Assembly (NCBI GenBank): GCA_025058055.1
Contig: JANXEU010000018.1
Coordinates: 1,281-65,280, forward strand
DNA: 64,000 nucleotides
Reading direction: 5' to 3'
Source of the DNA: Candidatus Calditenuaceae archaeon
Lineage (GTDB): Archaea; Thermoproteota; Nitrososphaeria_A; Caldarchaeales; Calditenuaceae
Below the pieces are notes generated by a model, which was given only the letters and a program-made list of their open reading frames with translations, searched no databases and was not told the origin of the DNA. Position numbers and translations under genes: made by a program. Shown one piece after another: positions 28,351 through 36,382 of the stretch; within the stretch, counting starts at the first letter, position 1, and each line of letters opens with the position of its first letter.

Positions 28351-29185
28351 GGCCATCTCCGTGCTGACCGAGTACGAGATGCTGAGGAGCTTCGCGAGGC
28401 GTCGAGTTCTCATCCTCCTGAGCGCGACACTGCTCTTGGAAATCGCGATCTACTACGTCTTGTCTAGGCTCCCCACTTCCCTCATATCCCCAATAGGACC
28501 CTACATCTGGACGATCGGGCTTGTGGCACCCTCAACGGCCCTACTCCACATGCTTGCGATAACGATAGGCGCCTCGACTTCGTCGGAGGAGTATGAAGTC
28601 GGTACGGCCGACTTCTGGTTCACCAGGCCGATCTCAAGGCTCGAGTACTTCGTTGGAAAGTTGATCGGAGGGTTACTGCTCCTCTCGTCGATGGTCCTTC
28701 TCTACTCGGCGCTGGCCCTAGCGATCTCTTGGTACGTATTCGGCCCACAATCGAGGATTGACGTGCTCGCGATCGGAATAGTTGCGTCGGTCCTAGCCGC
28801 GACCCCCTCATATGCGATCGGCGTGGCTCTCGGAGAGCTGATGAGGAGGAGCATGGTTGCTATCGTGTTGGGAGGTATCGTGTTCTTCGGATCCGTCCTC
28901 TTCCAAAGCTATGCGAGCATCGTGGCGGTGCTGAACAACGACAGGACGTTGATCGACCTCGCGACCTATCTCCCGAGTTGGGGATCTGTGGGTTACACCG
29001 TAACGATCGTCGCAGAACTCCTAGACCTTCAGTCCCTCTCGACCGGACTCTTCATGGTCATGTCAGGACTCGGGACCGTTGAGGTCGGTAAGGCACAACT
29101 CAGCATTCTCCTTTACTCGTTGGCGCCACTGTTCGTGGCATGGATCAAATTGAGGTACACCGACGTAACCAGGAGGTCCTCTTGA
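28337..29185 (+). CDS. ABC-2 type transporter permease
   Basis: Six predicted TM helices; overlaps the ATPase stop by 14 nt. Confidence 0.7.
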   Translation: MSTLRAISVLTEYEMLRSFARRRVLILLSATLLLEIAIYYVLSRLPTSLISPIGPYIWTIGLVAPSTALLHMLAITIGASTSSEEYEVGTADFWFTRPISRLEYFVGKLIGGLLLLSSMVLLYSALALAISWYVFGPQSRIDVLAIGIVASVLAATPSYAIGVALGELMRRSMVAIVLGGIVFFGSVLFQSYASIVAVLNNDRTLIDLATYLPSWGSVGYTVTIVAELLDLQSLSTGLFMVMSGLGTVEVGKAQLSILLYSLAPLFVAWIKLRYTDVTRRSS

Positions 29186-29195
29186 CCGAAATTGG

Positions 29196-29205
29196 CTTAA
29201 ATTTT
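29196..29205 (+). promoter_or_regulatory. TATA-like box of the L39e-L31e-aIF6 operon
   Basis: CTTAAATTTT ends 23 nt upstream of ATG 29228. Confidence 0.5.
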
Positions 29206-29227
29206 GCTGATGAGTGAAGACGTAGGC

Positions 29228-29386
29228 ATGGGCAAGAAGACCCTTTCCACTAAAAGGAGGTTGGCGTCCGCCACTAAGAGGGCGAGGGCTGTTCCTGCAT
29301 GGGTTAGGCTAAGGACCGGTAACGAGGTTTCGATGAACAAGAGGCAGCGAAACTGGAGGAGGTCTGCTGGCGTTAAGCCGAGGTGA
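29228..29386 (+). CDS. rpl39e: 50S ribosomal protein L39e
   Basis: MGKKTLSTKRRLASATKRARAVPAWVRLRTGNEV..NWRR matches the L39e pattern. Internal ATG chosen (ORF track starts at 29204). Confidence 0.9.
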   Translation: MGKKTLSTKRRLASATKRARAVPAWVRLRTGNEVSMNKRQRNWRRSAGVKPR

Positions 29387-29655
29387 TAGGAGTGACGGAG
29401 AAGCGCGTGGAGCTTACCCTAAACTTGAGAGGGGCATACGACGCCAAACGCTGGCGTAGATCGAAGAGGACCGTGAACCTTCTCAGGGAGAGGGCCAAGA
29501 GAATCGCTAAGGTGAAGAACGTCGTTCTCGACGAATCGCTCAACGCCCTGATTTGGGAAGAGAAGGTTTCGCACCCCCCAAGAAAGATCCGGGTAGTGAT
29601 AGAGCGAGTTGACGACGAGACAGCAGAGGTAAAGCTCCCGGAAGCTAAGGGGTGA
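29383..29655 (+). CDS. rpl31e: 50S ribosomal protein L31e
   Basis: TLNLRGAYDAKRWRRSKRTVNLLRE..LNALIWE is L31e-like. GTGA overlap with the L39e stop. Confidence 0.9.
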   Translation: MIGVTEKRVELTLNLRGAYDAKRWRRSKRTVNLLRERAKRIAKVKNVVLDESLNALIWEEKVSHPPRKIRVVIERVDDETAEVKLPEAKG

Positions 29656-30350
29656 TCTTCCTGGAACGGGCCAGCGAGGCCCCAAAGGTTCACGTCTTCG
29701 ATATCCTGGGCACGCCTTATGTCGGACTCTTCGCCTCTTGCACAGATCGGTTCATCCTCGTTCCCTCGATGCTGAGCGAAAGGGACAGCTTGATGTTGGG
29801 TGAGACGCTCGCAGTGAAAACGGTTCGTGGGTCTGTCGCTTCAAGCTTCCTGATAGGTGTAATGGTTGCAGGGAACTCAAGTGGCGTCCTGTTACCATCT
29901 ATTACGTTAGAGGAGGAGGTCGAAGCCTTGAGGCGAGAGTTGCCAGAGGTCAGGGTTGAAGTTCTGAATAGCAAATACACCGCGCTTGGCAACCTGATCG
30001 CCGTCAACGACAGAGGCGCTGTGGTCTCGCCGGACTTCACTCAGCGAGAGGTCATCGCAATCGCTGACGTGCTTTCCGTCGAGGTGGTCAGAGGTGTTAT
30101 TGCTGGCATGAAGACAGTCGGCTCGCTGACGGTGGTCACTAACAGGACCGGATTCGTGAGCGTTGACGCTTCCGATTCTGAGATAGACGCACTGCGAGAC
30201 GTCCTGAAGGTCGAGTTCGCAAGAGTCACAGTCAACGACGGAAGCAAGTTTGTCAGAAGCGGGATGATCGCGAACACGAAAGCCACAATAGTCGGCAACA
30301 GGACGCGCGGCCCCGAGCTCATGCTGATATCATCAGCACTCGCACGGTGA
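29652..30350 (+). CDS. eif6: Translation initiation factor 6 (aIF6)
   Basis: FDILGTPYVGLFA.., repeated pentein-like segments, conserved position after L39e/L31e. Confidence 0.9.
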   Translation: MIFLERASEAPKVHVFDILGTPYVGLFASCTDRFILVPSMLSERDSLMLGETLAVKTVRGSVASSFLIGVMVAGNSSGVLLPSITLEEEVEALRRELPEVRVEVLNSKYTALGNLIAVNDRGAVVSPDFTQREVIAIADVLSVEVVRGVIAGMKTVGSLTVVTNRTGFVSVDASDSEIDALRDVLKVEFARVTVNDGSKFVRSGMIANTKATIVGNRTRGPELMLISSALAR

Positions 30351-30352
30351 CC

Positions 30353-30523
30353 TCATCTCCTTTCTCCTGTCAGGCACCTCTCGCAGACGCAGTCCCGCGC
30401 GAGCTTCGAAAGCAGCTTTAGTTTCTCCTCGGATACTGAGACGCTGCCACACCAGCAGTCACCATCATCAAGTCCACACTCAAAAAGGTCGCCGCAGATC
30501 TCGCACTTCTTAGCCCTTGCCAT
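30353..30523 (-). CDS. Small cysteine-rich protein, Cys_rich_CWC-like (56 aa; not in ORF track)
   Basis: Reverse strand reads MARAKKCEICGDLFECGLDDGDCWCGSVSVSEEKLKLLSKLARDCVCERCLTGERR*. It has a C-x2-C..C..CWC pattern, and its ATG overlaps the L13e stop by 14 nt. Confidence 0.6.
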   Translation of the reverse strand: MARAKKCEICGDLFECGLDDGDCWCGSVSVSEEKLKLLSKLARDCVCERCLTGERR

Positions 30524-30722
30524 CAGACCCTTTCCACGACGAAACGAGCCTCCTCAAAAGCTCGACGTTCTGCTCGTGGGCCGATCGTCTCCTTAAATCT
30601 ATCGGCAGCCCTTCCCTTCGGGCTGAGGCCAGGGTCAAACCCGCGGCTTTTATTTCCTCTATCGAAAAGCCCCTTCCATCCCTTCTCCTCCCCTTTCCGG
30701 GGGCAATAACCTCAGCTTTCAA
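30510..30722 (-). CDS. rpl13e: 50S ribosomal protein L13e
   Basis: GRGFSIEEIKAAGLTLASARREGLPIDLRRRS..NVELL resembles crenarchaeal L13e. Confidence 0.75.
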   Translation of the reverse strand: MKAEVIAPGKGRRRDGRGFSIEEIKAAGLTLASARREGLPIDLRRRSAHEQNVELLRRLVSSWKGSDGKG

Positions 30723-30740
30723 GGCGCAGACCTCCGAAAT

Positions 30741-31085
30741 TCAGAGAAGGTCGTCCTTGCTAAGCCGGACGATCTTGGTCTCCCTCCTCTTAGGGGTGAG
30801 GCGTTCCAGCAGCTCTCTTAACATCTCGTCCGTGACCTGTCCTCTAAGTCTACCGGACTGTGCCAGATGAATGAGTTGACGTTCCACAGCCTCGGCGAGG
30901 TCCGGCCTCGCGACCTTGACGTTCGCCAACCTCTGCCTGGCCTCGGGCGTGAGTATCGCCCTCATCAGGGCCGCCCTCTCGGCCTCTTCCCTTCGCCTAG
31001 CCTCCTCCGCTGCCGCTCTCTGCTGGAGTTCCGCCATCTTCCTCCTCCTTATCTCCTCGAGCTCGGCCTCCTCTGGTGACGTCAT
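30741..31085 (-). CDS. PDCD5/TFAR19-family dsDNA-binding protein
   Basis: ILTPEARQRLANVKVARPDLAEAVERQLIHLAQSGRL signature. Start set at MTSPEE (cat at 31083-31085) with a TATA-like AAACTTTAAT about 30 nt upstream. Confidence 0.8.
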   Translation of the reverse strand: MTSPEEAELEEIRRRKMAELQQRAAAEEARRREEAERAALMRAILTPEARQRLANVKVARPDLAEAVERQLIHLAQSGRLRGQVTDEMLRELLERLTPKRRETKIVRLSKDDLL

Positions 31086-31175
31086 CCCAAAACCTTCATT
31101 CAGGCGCACCATTAAAGTTTTGATACCAACAAGATCCGCTGAGGTTAAAAGGACATCCTATGGTGTCGGAGGCGG

Positions 31176-32576
31176 ATGAGAGACGACCCGATAGTCTGGA
31201 AGTTCGGCGGAACGTCTCTCGGCAACGGTAACAGAATGCTGCTGGCCAGGTCGCTGATCGTTGATGGACTCAGACGCCACAGGCTTGTCGTCGTGTGTTC
31301 GGCGATGGGCGACACCACCGACCTGTTGTTGGAGATGCTGGAGAGGGCCTCATCGGGCGAGATCAATGCTGCTAAAGCGCTGCTCGAAGAGCTCCGACTG
31401 TCTCACTTGAAGGCCGCCGAGAAGGCGATTGAGGAGACCGGCGTGAGGAACGAAGTGATTAACTTCATCACAGATCGAGTTGCCGAACTTGAGAAGCTGA
31501 TAGGCAGCGTGGCCTTGTTGAGAGAAGCAACGCCTAGGACTAAAGACCTCATAACATCGTACGGTGAGAGACTCTCCACCAAGATCGTATGGGGGGCGCT
31601 GCGAAGCATAGGCATCAACTCCGTCTACCTAGAGGGCCATGACGCTGGAATCGCGACAGACTCCAACTTCGGTAACGCTTCTCCCCTGATGGATCTCACC
31701 TATGATCAGGTTAGGAAGAAGGTGGGGGGCCTTATCTCAGAAGGCATGGTTCCGGTGGTGACGGGCTTTATCGCTGCGACACCCGACGGCATAACCACAA
31801 CTCTTGGCAGAGGAGGATCGGACCTAACCGCCACCGTTATCGCTTACTGCATAGGAGCAAAAGAAGTATGGCTATGGACCGATGTCGACGGAATGATGTC
31901 GGCTGACCCAAAAATAGTTACGAACTCAAAGGTTTTGAGCAGAATATCCTACGACGAGGCAGTGGAGATGGCCTATTTCGGGGCCAAGGGGTTGCAGATC
32001 AAGACCATCCTTCCTGCTCGGGAAAAGGGGATACACATTCGGATTAAGAACACATTCAACCCAAATTCCGAGGGCACGCTAATCACGAGCACCTCATCGC
32101 CAGAAGGGACCGCGACAAAGGCCGTTCTGATGACAAAGAAGGTCTCATCGGTCACAGTGAAGGGCGAGGTCCTTGCGGGTGGAGGTCTAGCGGCAAAGGT
32201 TCTCTCGGTCATCGATTCCCACAAGATTGACGCATTGATGATTTCGCAGAGCGTCTCTAGTTCTTCGATATCGATCGTCATATCGAGAAGTCTCTCAAAA
32301 AAGGTCGCCGAGGAGATAAGGAAAAGCGTCATCTCGCAGCTCGGCGGTGGTGAGGTTGAGGTAGAGGACGATATTGCAGCCATCGCAGTAATCGGGGAGG
32401 GAATGAAGGGGACGCCTGGTGTCGCGAGCAAAGTCTTCACTGCAGTCGCTTCAAAGGGGATAAATGTGCGGATGATTGCTCAGGGGTCCTCTGAGTTGAA
32501 CATATCTTTCGTCGTGAAAGAAGCAGATGCGGAAGAGGCGGTGAGGGCGGTCCACGCGGCGTTTTATGGCTCCTAA
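31176..32576 (+). CDS. lysC: Aspartate kinase (two C-terminal ACT domains)
   Basis: VWKFGGTSLG N-terminus, TLGRGGSD motif, ACT repeats at the C-terminus. GGTTAAAAGG box about 25 nt upstream. Confidence 0.9.
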   Translation: MRDDPIVWKFGGTSLGNGNRMLLARSLIVDGLRRHRLVVVCSAMGDTTDLLLEMLERASSGEINAAKALLEELRLSHLKAAEKAIEETGVRNEVINFITDRVAELEKLIGSVALLREATPRTKDLITSYGERLSTKIVWGALRSIGINSVYLEGHDAGIATDSNFGNASPLMDLTYDQVRKKVGGLISEGMVPVVTGFIAATPDGITTTLGRGGSDLTATVIAYCIGAKEVWLWTDVDGMMSADPKIVTNSKVLSRISYDEAVEMAYFGAKGLQIKTILPAREKGIHIRIKNTFNPNSEGTLITSTSSPEGTATKAVLMTKKVSSVTVKGEVLAGGGLAAKVLSVIDSHKIDALMISQSVSSSSISIVISRSLSKKVAEEIRKSVISQLGGGEVEVEDDIAAIAVIGEGMKGTPGVASKVFTAVASKGINVRMIAQGSSELNISFVVKEADAEEAVRAVHAAFYGS

Positions 32577-32580
32577 CGAG

Positions 32581-33171
32581 TCAACTCCTCGAGGACGTCA
32601 CCGTGACCTTGATTAGGCCGCGAGATATCGTGTGGTTGACTATAGTGACACCGTAGCTGCCCAAGATTTCCCTTAATGTCTCATAGACGGCCTCGGTAGC
32701 TTCAATCGTTCCACCGACTCCAACCATGGTCACCTCCTTCAAGTCATTTCCAACTTCTTTGAGTTCTATTCTCTTGAGAGGGAAAAAGTATACGAACAGA
32801 GTGGAAAGTGAGATAAGTTCCTCGAAAGTCCTCGCGTAGTCCCGTGCAAGAGTGCCTATGTCTCTTCCCAACTGCGCGAATGCTGCCAAGATCTTCTCCT
32901 TGTCGAGCCTGTAGAGCTCAACTATCAGTTTGTCCATGAAGTGGGAGGGCACGACCACCGCATCGAAATCCTTCAAGATCTTGTGAACACGCCAGAGGCT
33001 GACGATGACGCGGTCACTCTCGCTCTCCCTGATCACTTCTATTGCCTGTTCCAGGATACTATTACTGAGAGCGTAGACGCTCATCTTCCTCTCTTTAGCG
33101 AGGGCGGAGAGCTGATCCAGCAGGTCTTTACGGACCGCAATCGTGGTCCGCTTAATCACTGGGCCCTCCAT
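32581..33171 (-). CDS. Ribbon-helix-helix (CopG-like) N-terminal domain protein with unknown C-terminal domain
   Basis: KRTTIAVRKDLLDQLSALAKERKMSVYALSNSILEQAIE fits a beta-alpha-alpha RHH pattern. The remaining 150 aa are unassigned. Confidence 0.5.
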   Translation of the reverse strand: MEGPVIKRTTIAVRKDLLDQLSALAKERKMSVYALSNSILEQAIEVIRESESDRVIVSLWRVHKILKDFDAVVVPSHFMDKLIVELYRLDKEKILAAFAQLGRDIGTLARDYARTFEELISLSTLFVYFFPLKRIELKEVGNDLKEVTMVGVGGTIEATEAVYETLREILGSYGVTIVNHTISRGLIKVTVTSSRS

Positions 33172-33184
33172 GTCATCACGAATG

Positions 33185-33202
33185 TGTATAGTAGGTTATA
33201 CA
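33185..33202. promoter_or_regulatory. Inverted repeat TGTATA-n6-TATACA over the putative promoter of the RHH gene
   Basis: Read directly; lies 14-31 nt upstream of the minus-strand ATG at 33171. Confidence 0.35.
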
Positions 33203-33244
33203 TGTTACCTCACCCTCAACGCGAAATCACATGACGCGTTCTGC

Positions 33245-33264
33245 GGAAATATCAATATATTTCC
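33245..33264. promoter_or_regulatory. Perfect 8-bp inverted repeat GGAAATAT-CAAT-ATATTTCC overlapping the TATA-like box of the 33292 gene
   Basis: Read directly; the right arm ends 28 nt upstream of ATG 33292. Confidence 0.4.
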
Positions 33265-33291
33265 CCGGTGAGAACTTAGAGTCGGCGCTCG

Positions 33292-33606
33292 ATGGTCGTC
33301 GATCAGAAGACGGTTAAGGACCTGATCGCTGAGGTGCAGGAAGGGGTAAGGTTATGGAGCGCTCTGGTCGAGGCTGGATCTAGGCTGGATTATGTGCTCT
33401 CGCAATTGACCGAGGCGGAAACGACTCTGTGGTCAGCTCTGAACGATACCTCGTTGCCCCACGACCTGCGTCAGCGTCTGCAGGAACTACTGGTGACGGT
33501 TAGAAACTTACTTGAGAGGGTAAAAAGGAGGCTCGAGGAATGCAGCGAGGAATGGGGGGACGCTGGGAGAAACACGGCATGGAAGGGCCTGAAGAGGACT
33601 TACTGA
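33292..33606 (+). CDS. Hypothetical helical protein
   Basis: 104-aa ORF upstream of, and overlapping, the tldD-like gene. No motif recognised. Confidence 0.4.
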   Translation: MVVDQKTVKDLIAEVQEGVRLWSALVEAGSRLDYVLSQLTEAETTLWSALNDTSLPHDLRQRLQELLVTVRNLLERVKRRLEECSEEWGDAGRNTAWKGLKRTY

Positions 33607-35021
33607 GTAAGACCCTCGATCTGGCCCTTCAGAAGGGTGCGAGTTATGCCGAGGTAAGGTATCAGAGCGAGGTCAGGGAGTCTATCAACCTCAAGAACGG
33701 CTTCCCCATAGTAGGGGGCACAACGGTCTCAAGGGGTGTCGGGATCAGGGTGGTGTTCGGCGACGCTCTCGGTTTCTCATCCACGAACGTACTCAAAACG
33801 AACGCGCTGAGGGTGGCTGTGGATGAGGCGATAGGGTTAGCGAGGGCGTCTGCCAAGATGCGGAAGAGACGGATGGTGATGGCTGATGCTGAGATGGGCA
33901 GAGGACGCGTCGTGGTCAAGCCGAGGGTCAGACACGAAAACGTGGACGTATACGACAAGACTGAGATTCTAAGGGCAGCCGATGCGGCAGTCGTAGAGGG
34001 AGCGAAGAGGTCGGGTGCTAGTGCCCCCTCAAGGTTCTTCAGCTTGACGTGTGGCTACACCGAGAAACATGTCCTGAACTCGGATGGGGCCGACGTCTTT
34101 ACGAGCATTCCGAGAGTAGCGCTGAGCTACATCTACCATATCCATCATCAGGGGAGGTCCCAGATGCGCCACAAGGACTTGGGTGAGACAAGGGGATGGG
34201 AGGGCGTTGAGCGCTGGAGGCTGGATGAAGAGCTCATGGAAGACGCCATGGGGGTCGCGATGGCCGTGCTCAAAGGCGCCGCTCCACCCGAGGGCACTGT
34301 AGACGTCGTCCTCGGACCGGAAGTGGTAGGCCTGATCTGTCACGAGTCCGCCGGTCACCCCGGAGAGGCGGACAGGATGCTTGGAAGGGAAGCTGCGCAG
34401 GCAGGTGAGACTTACATCCGGAGAGAACTGATCGGGAATAGGATTGGATCGGAGAGCGTCACGATAGCCGACGATCCCAACATACCGGGTTCCTACGGGT
34501 TCTACGCATACGACGATGAGGGGGTCAGGGCAAGGGAGAGGCTTCTGATAGAGAAGGGAGTGATTAAAGAGTTGCTGCAAAACAGGGAGACCGCGGTCGA
34601 GTTCGGTGTCTCAAGCAACGGCTCATCCAGAGCATCTAGCTACGACAGGGAGCCGATCGTGAGGATGGCGAACACCTACATGAAGCCCGGAGACTTCTCC
34701 TTCGACGAGCTCATAGAAAGCGTGAAGACGGGAGTTTACATCAAGACCTACTCCGAGTGGAACATCGATGACAAACGCTGGAACCAGCGGTACGTAGGCG
34801 TGGAGGCTTACTCGATCTCCAACGGCGAACTCGCAGGGCCTGTTTACAGGCCGGTACTGGAGGTGACCACTAAGGCGCTTTACTCCTCGGTTGACGCGGT
34901 CGGAAAGGACCTTCAAATGACCGCGGGGTACTGCGGAAAGGGCGACCCCATGCAGGCGATACCAGTTTGGTTCGGGGGGCCCCACATAAGACTCAGGGCT
35001 GTCAGGCTGCTTAGGGGCTAG
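33579..35021 (+). CDS. tldD: TldD/PmbA-family metalloprotease
   Basis: LALQKGASYAEVRY N-terminus, HESAGH (HExxxH) motif, C-terminal GG.. pattern. Start at MEGPEE preferred; 33540 is also possible. Confidence 0.85.
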   Translation: MEGPEEDLLSKTLDLALQKGASYAEVRYQSEVRESINLKNGFPIVGGTTVSRGVGIRVVFGDALGFSSTNVLKTNALRVAVDEAIGLARASAKMRKRRMVMADAEMGRGRVVVKPRVRHENVDVYDKTEILRAADAAVVEGAKRSGASAPSRFFSLTCGYTEKHVLNSDGADVFTSIPRVALSYIYHIHHQGRSQMRHKDLGETRGWEGVERWRLDEELMEDAMGVAMAVLKGAAPPEGTVDVVLGPEVVGLICHESAGHPGEADRMLGREAAQAGETYIRRELIGNRIGSESVTIADDPNIPGSYGFYAYDDEGVRARERLLIEKGVIKELLQNRETAVEFGVSSNGSSRASSYDREPIVRMANTYMKPGDFSFDELIESVKTGVYIKTYSEWNIDDKRWNQRYVGVEAYSISNGELAGPVYRPVLEVTTKALYSSVDAVGKDLQMTAGYCGKGDPMQAIPVWFGGPHIRLRAVRLLRG

Positions 35022-35664
35022 ACTTCCCGTATTCGGTCGGATCGCTGAACCCTACTTTAGCGAAGACCTCCCTTCTCTTCAAGCAACCTAGGCACTCACC
35101 GCAGTGGCGCTCTCCTTCCAGCCAACAACTCCAAGTGAGCCCAAGAGGCACCTTCAGCTCGATCGCAACCTTCACGACGTCTTCCTTGCTCATCCCTAGT
35201 AACGGTGCGTACACTCTTAACTTCCGCCAAGGGGTCATCCTGCTCGCGATCTCGTTAAGGGCATCTAGATTGAGTGAGCTAACGTCCGGGAAGGTAGAGT
35301 AGTCCTCCGCGACATGCCCGATCACAACTCGATCAAGCCTCAGAACGTAAGCGTAGTACAGACCTATTGAATAGAAAATCAAGTTCCTTAACGGTATGTA
35401 GGTGAGCGGCACACCTAAATCTATCAACTCTCGCTTAATTTCGTCATCTAAGTCCATCGCCTCCCTGAGGAACATCAGGTCGGTTTCCAAACATTCGCGT
35501 ACATCGGCTGCACGAGCTATCCTTCTCGCAGCCTCAGCCTCTCTAGGGTTTCGCTTGTGATAGTTTATCGAGAGCGTCGCTACCCGTTCTGCATGTTCCA
35601 TCTCTAAGAACAGCGCTGTGGCCGAGTCAATGCCTCCGGAGAGCAGAACCAAAGACCCGCTCAA
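35011..35664 (-). CDS. queC: QueC/ExsB-family PP-loop ATPase (7-cyano-7-deazaguanine synthase-like)
   Basis: LLSGGIDSATAL PP-loop; C-terminal Cys cluster SCW..x8..CGECLGCLKR. Several mid-protein QueC motifs are divergent. Confidence 0.7.
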   Translation of the reverse strand: MSGSLVLLSGGIDSATALFLEMEHAERVATLSINYHKRNPREAEAARRIARAADVRECLETDLMFLREAMDLDDEIKRELIDLGVPLTYIPLRNLIFYSIGLYYAYVLRLDRVVIGHVAEDYSTFPDVSSLNLDALNEIASRMTPWRKLRVYAPLLGMSKEDVVKVAIELKVPLGLTWSCWLEGERHCGECLGCLKRREVFAKVGFSDPTEYGKSSP

Positions 35665-36341
35665 GGCCTCTCGCGCGAACCCAGGACGAGGACCTCTGAG
35701 GATGCGAACTTCCCCGTTCCCTCGCTCATCTCGACCCGAACCAGTAGAGGTGCAACTCTTAGGTTCTCAGCGACCCTTTCGGCTATGTGTTTCGAGATGT
35801 TCTCAGCCGTCGATTCGCCGTCGAGGAGCACGACTCTTTCCGAGGGTAGCGTCAGAACGTACTCTCCACCCTTCCCGACGAACCTTAACGTGACCTGACT
35901 GTCTCTTGAGGTTTCGACGTATCTCCTCGACGCGATGAGCTTGTGGTCGATGTCGTTTAGCACGAACTTTAGGTCTCTCTTCAGCTGACCAAAGTCCACA
36001 AGGTAGTCTCCGTGTCCGAGTGGTCCCACGACCTCCATCGAAACCGTCGCGGTGTGGCCGTGAAGCGTTGAGCACTTTTCTATGTGGGGAAGGAAGTGCG
36101 AATAATCGAAGTTAAGTGAACTGTCGTGGACTCTCAGCCTGACGAAGCTACTCGCAGTAGTCAATGCAAAACCCGTCAGCCTCGGTCCACTTGCGGGGAT
36201 GAGTTCGAACCTTCCGGAGCGTTCGATTTTAAATGTGAAGTTCCTCGTTGAGATCACGCTGACATCGCCTTCATCCCTCAGCTCGTAGTTCAAACCTTCC
36301 GATTCGAGCATAACTCCTACCAGCTCCCTGAGACCCAGCAT
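35661..36341 (-). CDS. 6-pyruvoyl-tetrahydropterin synthase / QueD-family protein with an N-terminal extension of about 85 aa
   Basis: SHFLPHIEKCSTLHGHTATV..LVDFGQLK..NDIDHKLI matches PTPS/QueD Zn and catalytic motifs. 4-nt overlap with queC-like. Confidence 0.7.
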   Translation of the reverse strand: MLGLRELVGVMLESEGLNYELRDEGDVSVISTRNFTFKIERSGRFELIPASGPRLTGFALTTASSFVRLRVHDSSLNFDYSHFLPHIEKCSTLHGHTATVSMEVVGPLGHGDYLVDFGQLKRDLKFVLNDIDHKLIASRRYVETSRDSQVTLRFVGKGGEYVLTLPSERVVLLDGESTAENISKHIAERVAENLRVAPLLVRVEMSEGTGKFASSEVLVLGSRERP

Positions 36342-36382
36342 CGCATCTTCACGAAATCAGTCGGTTAAAAAGCCGAAACACA

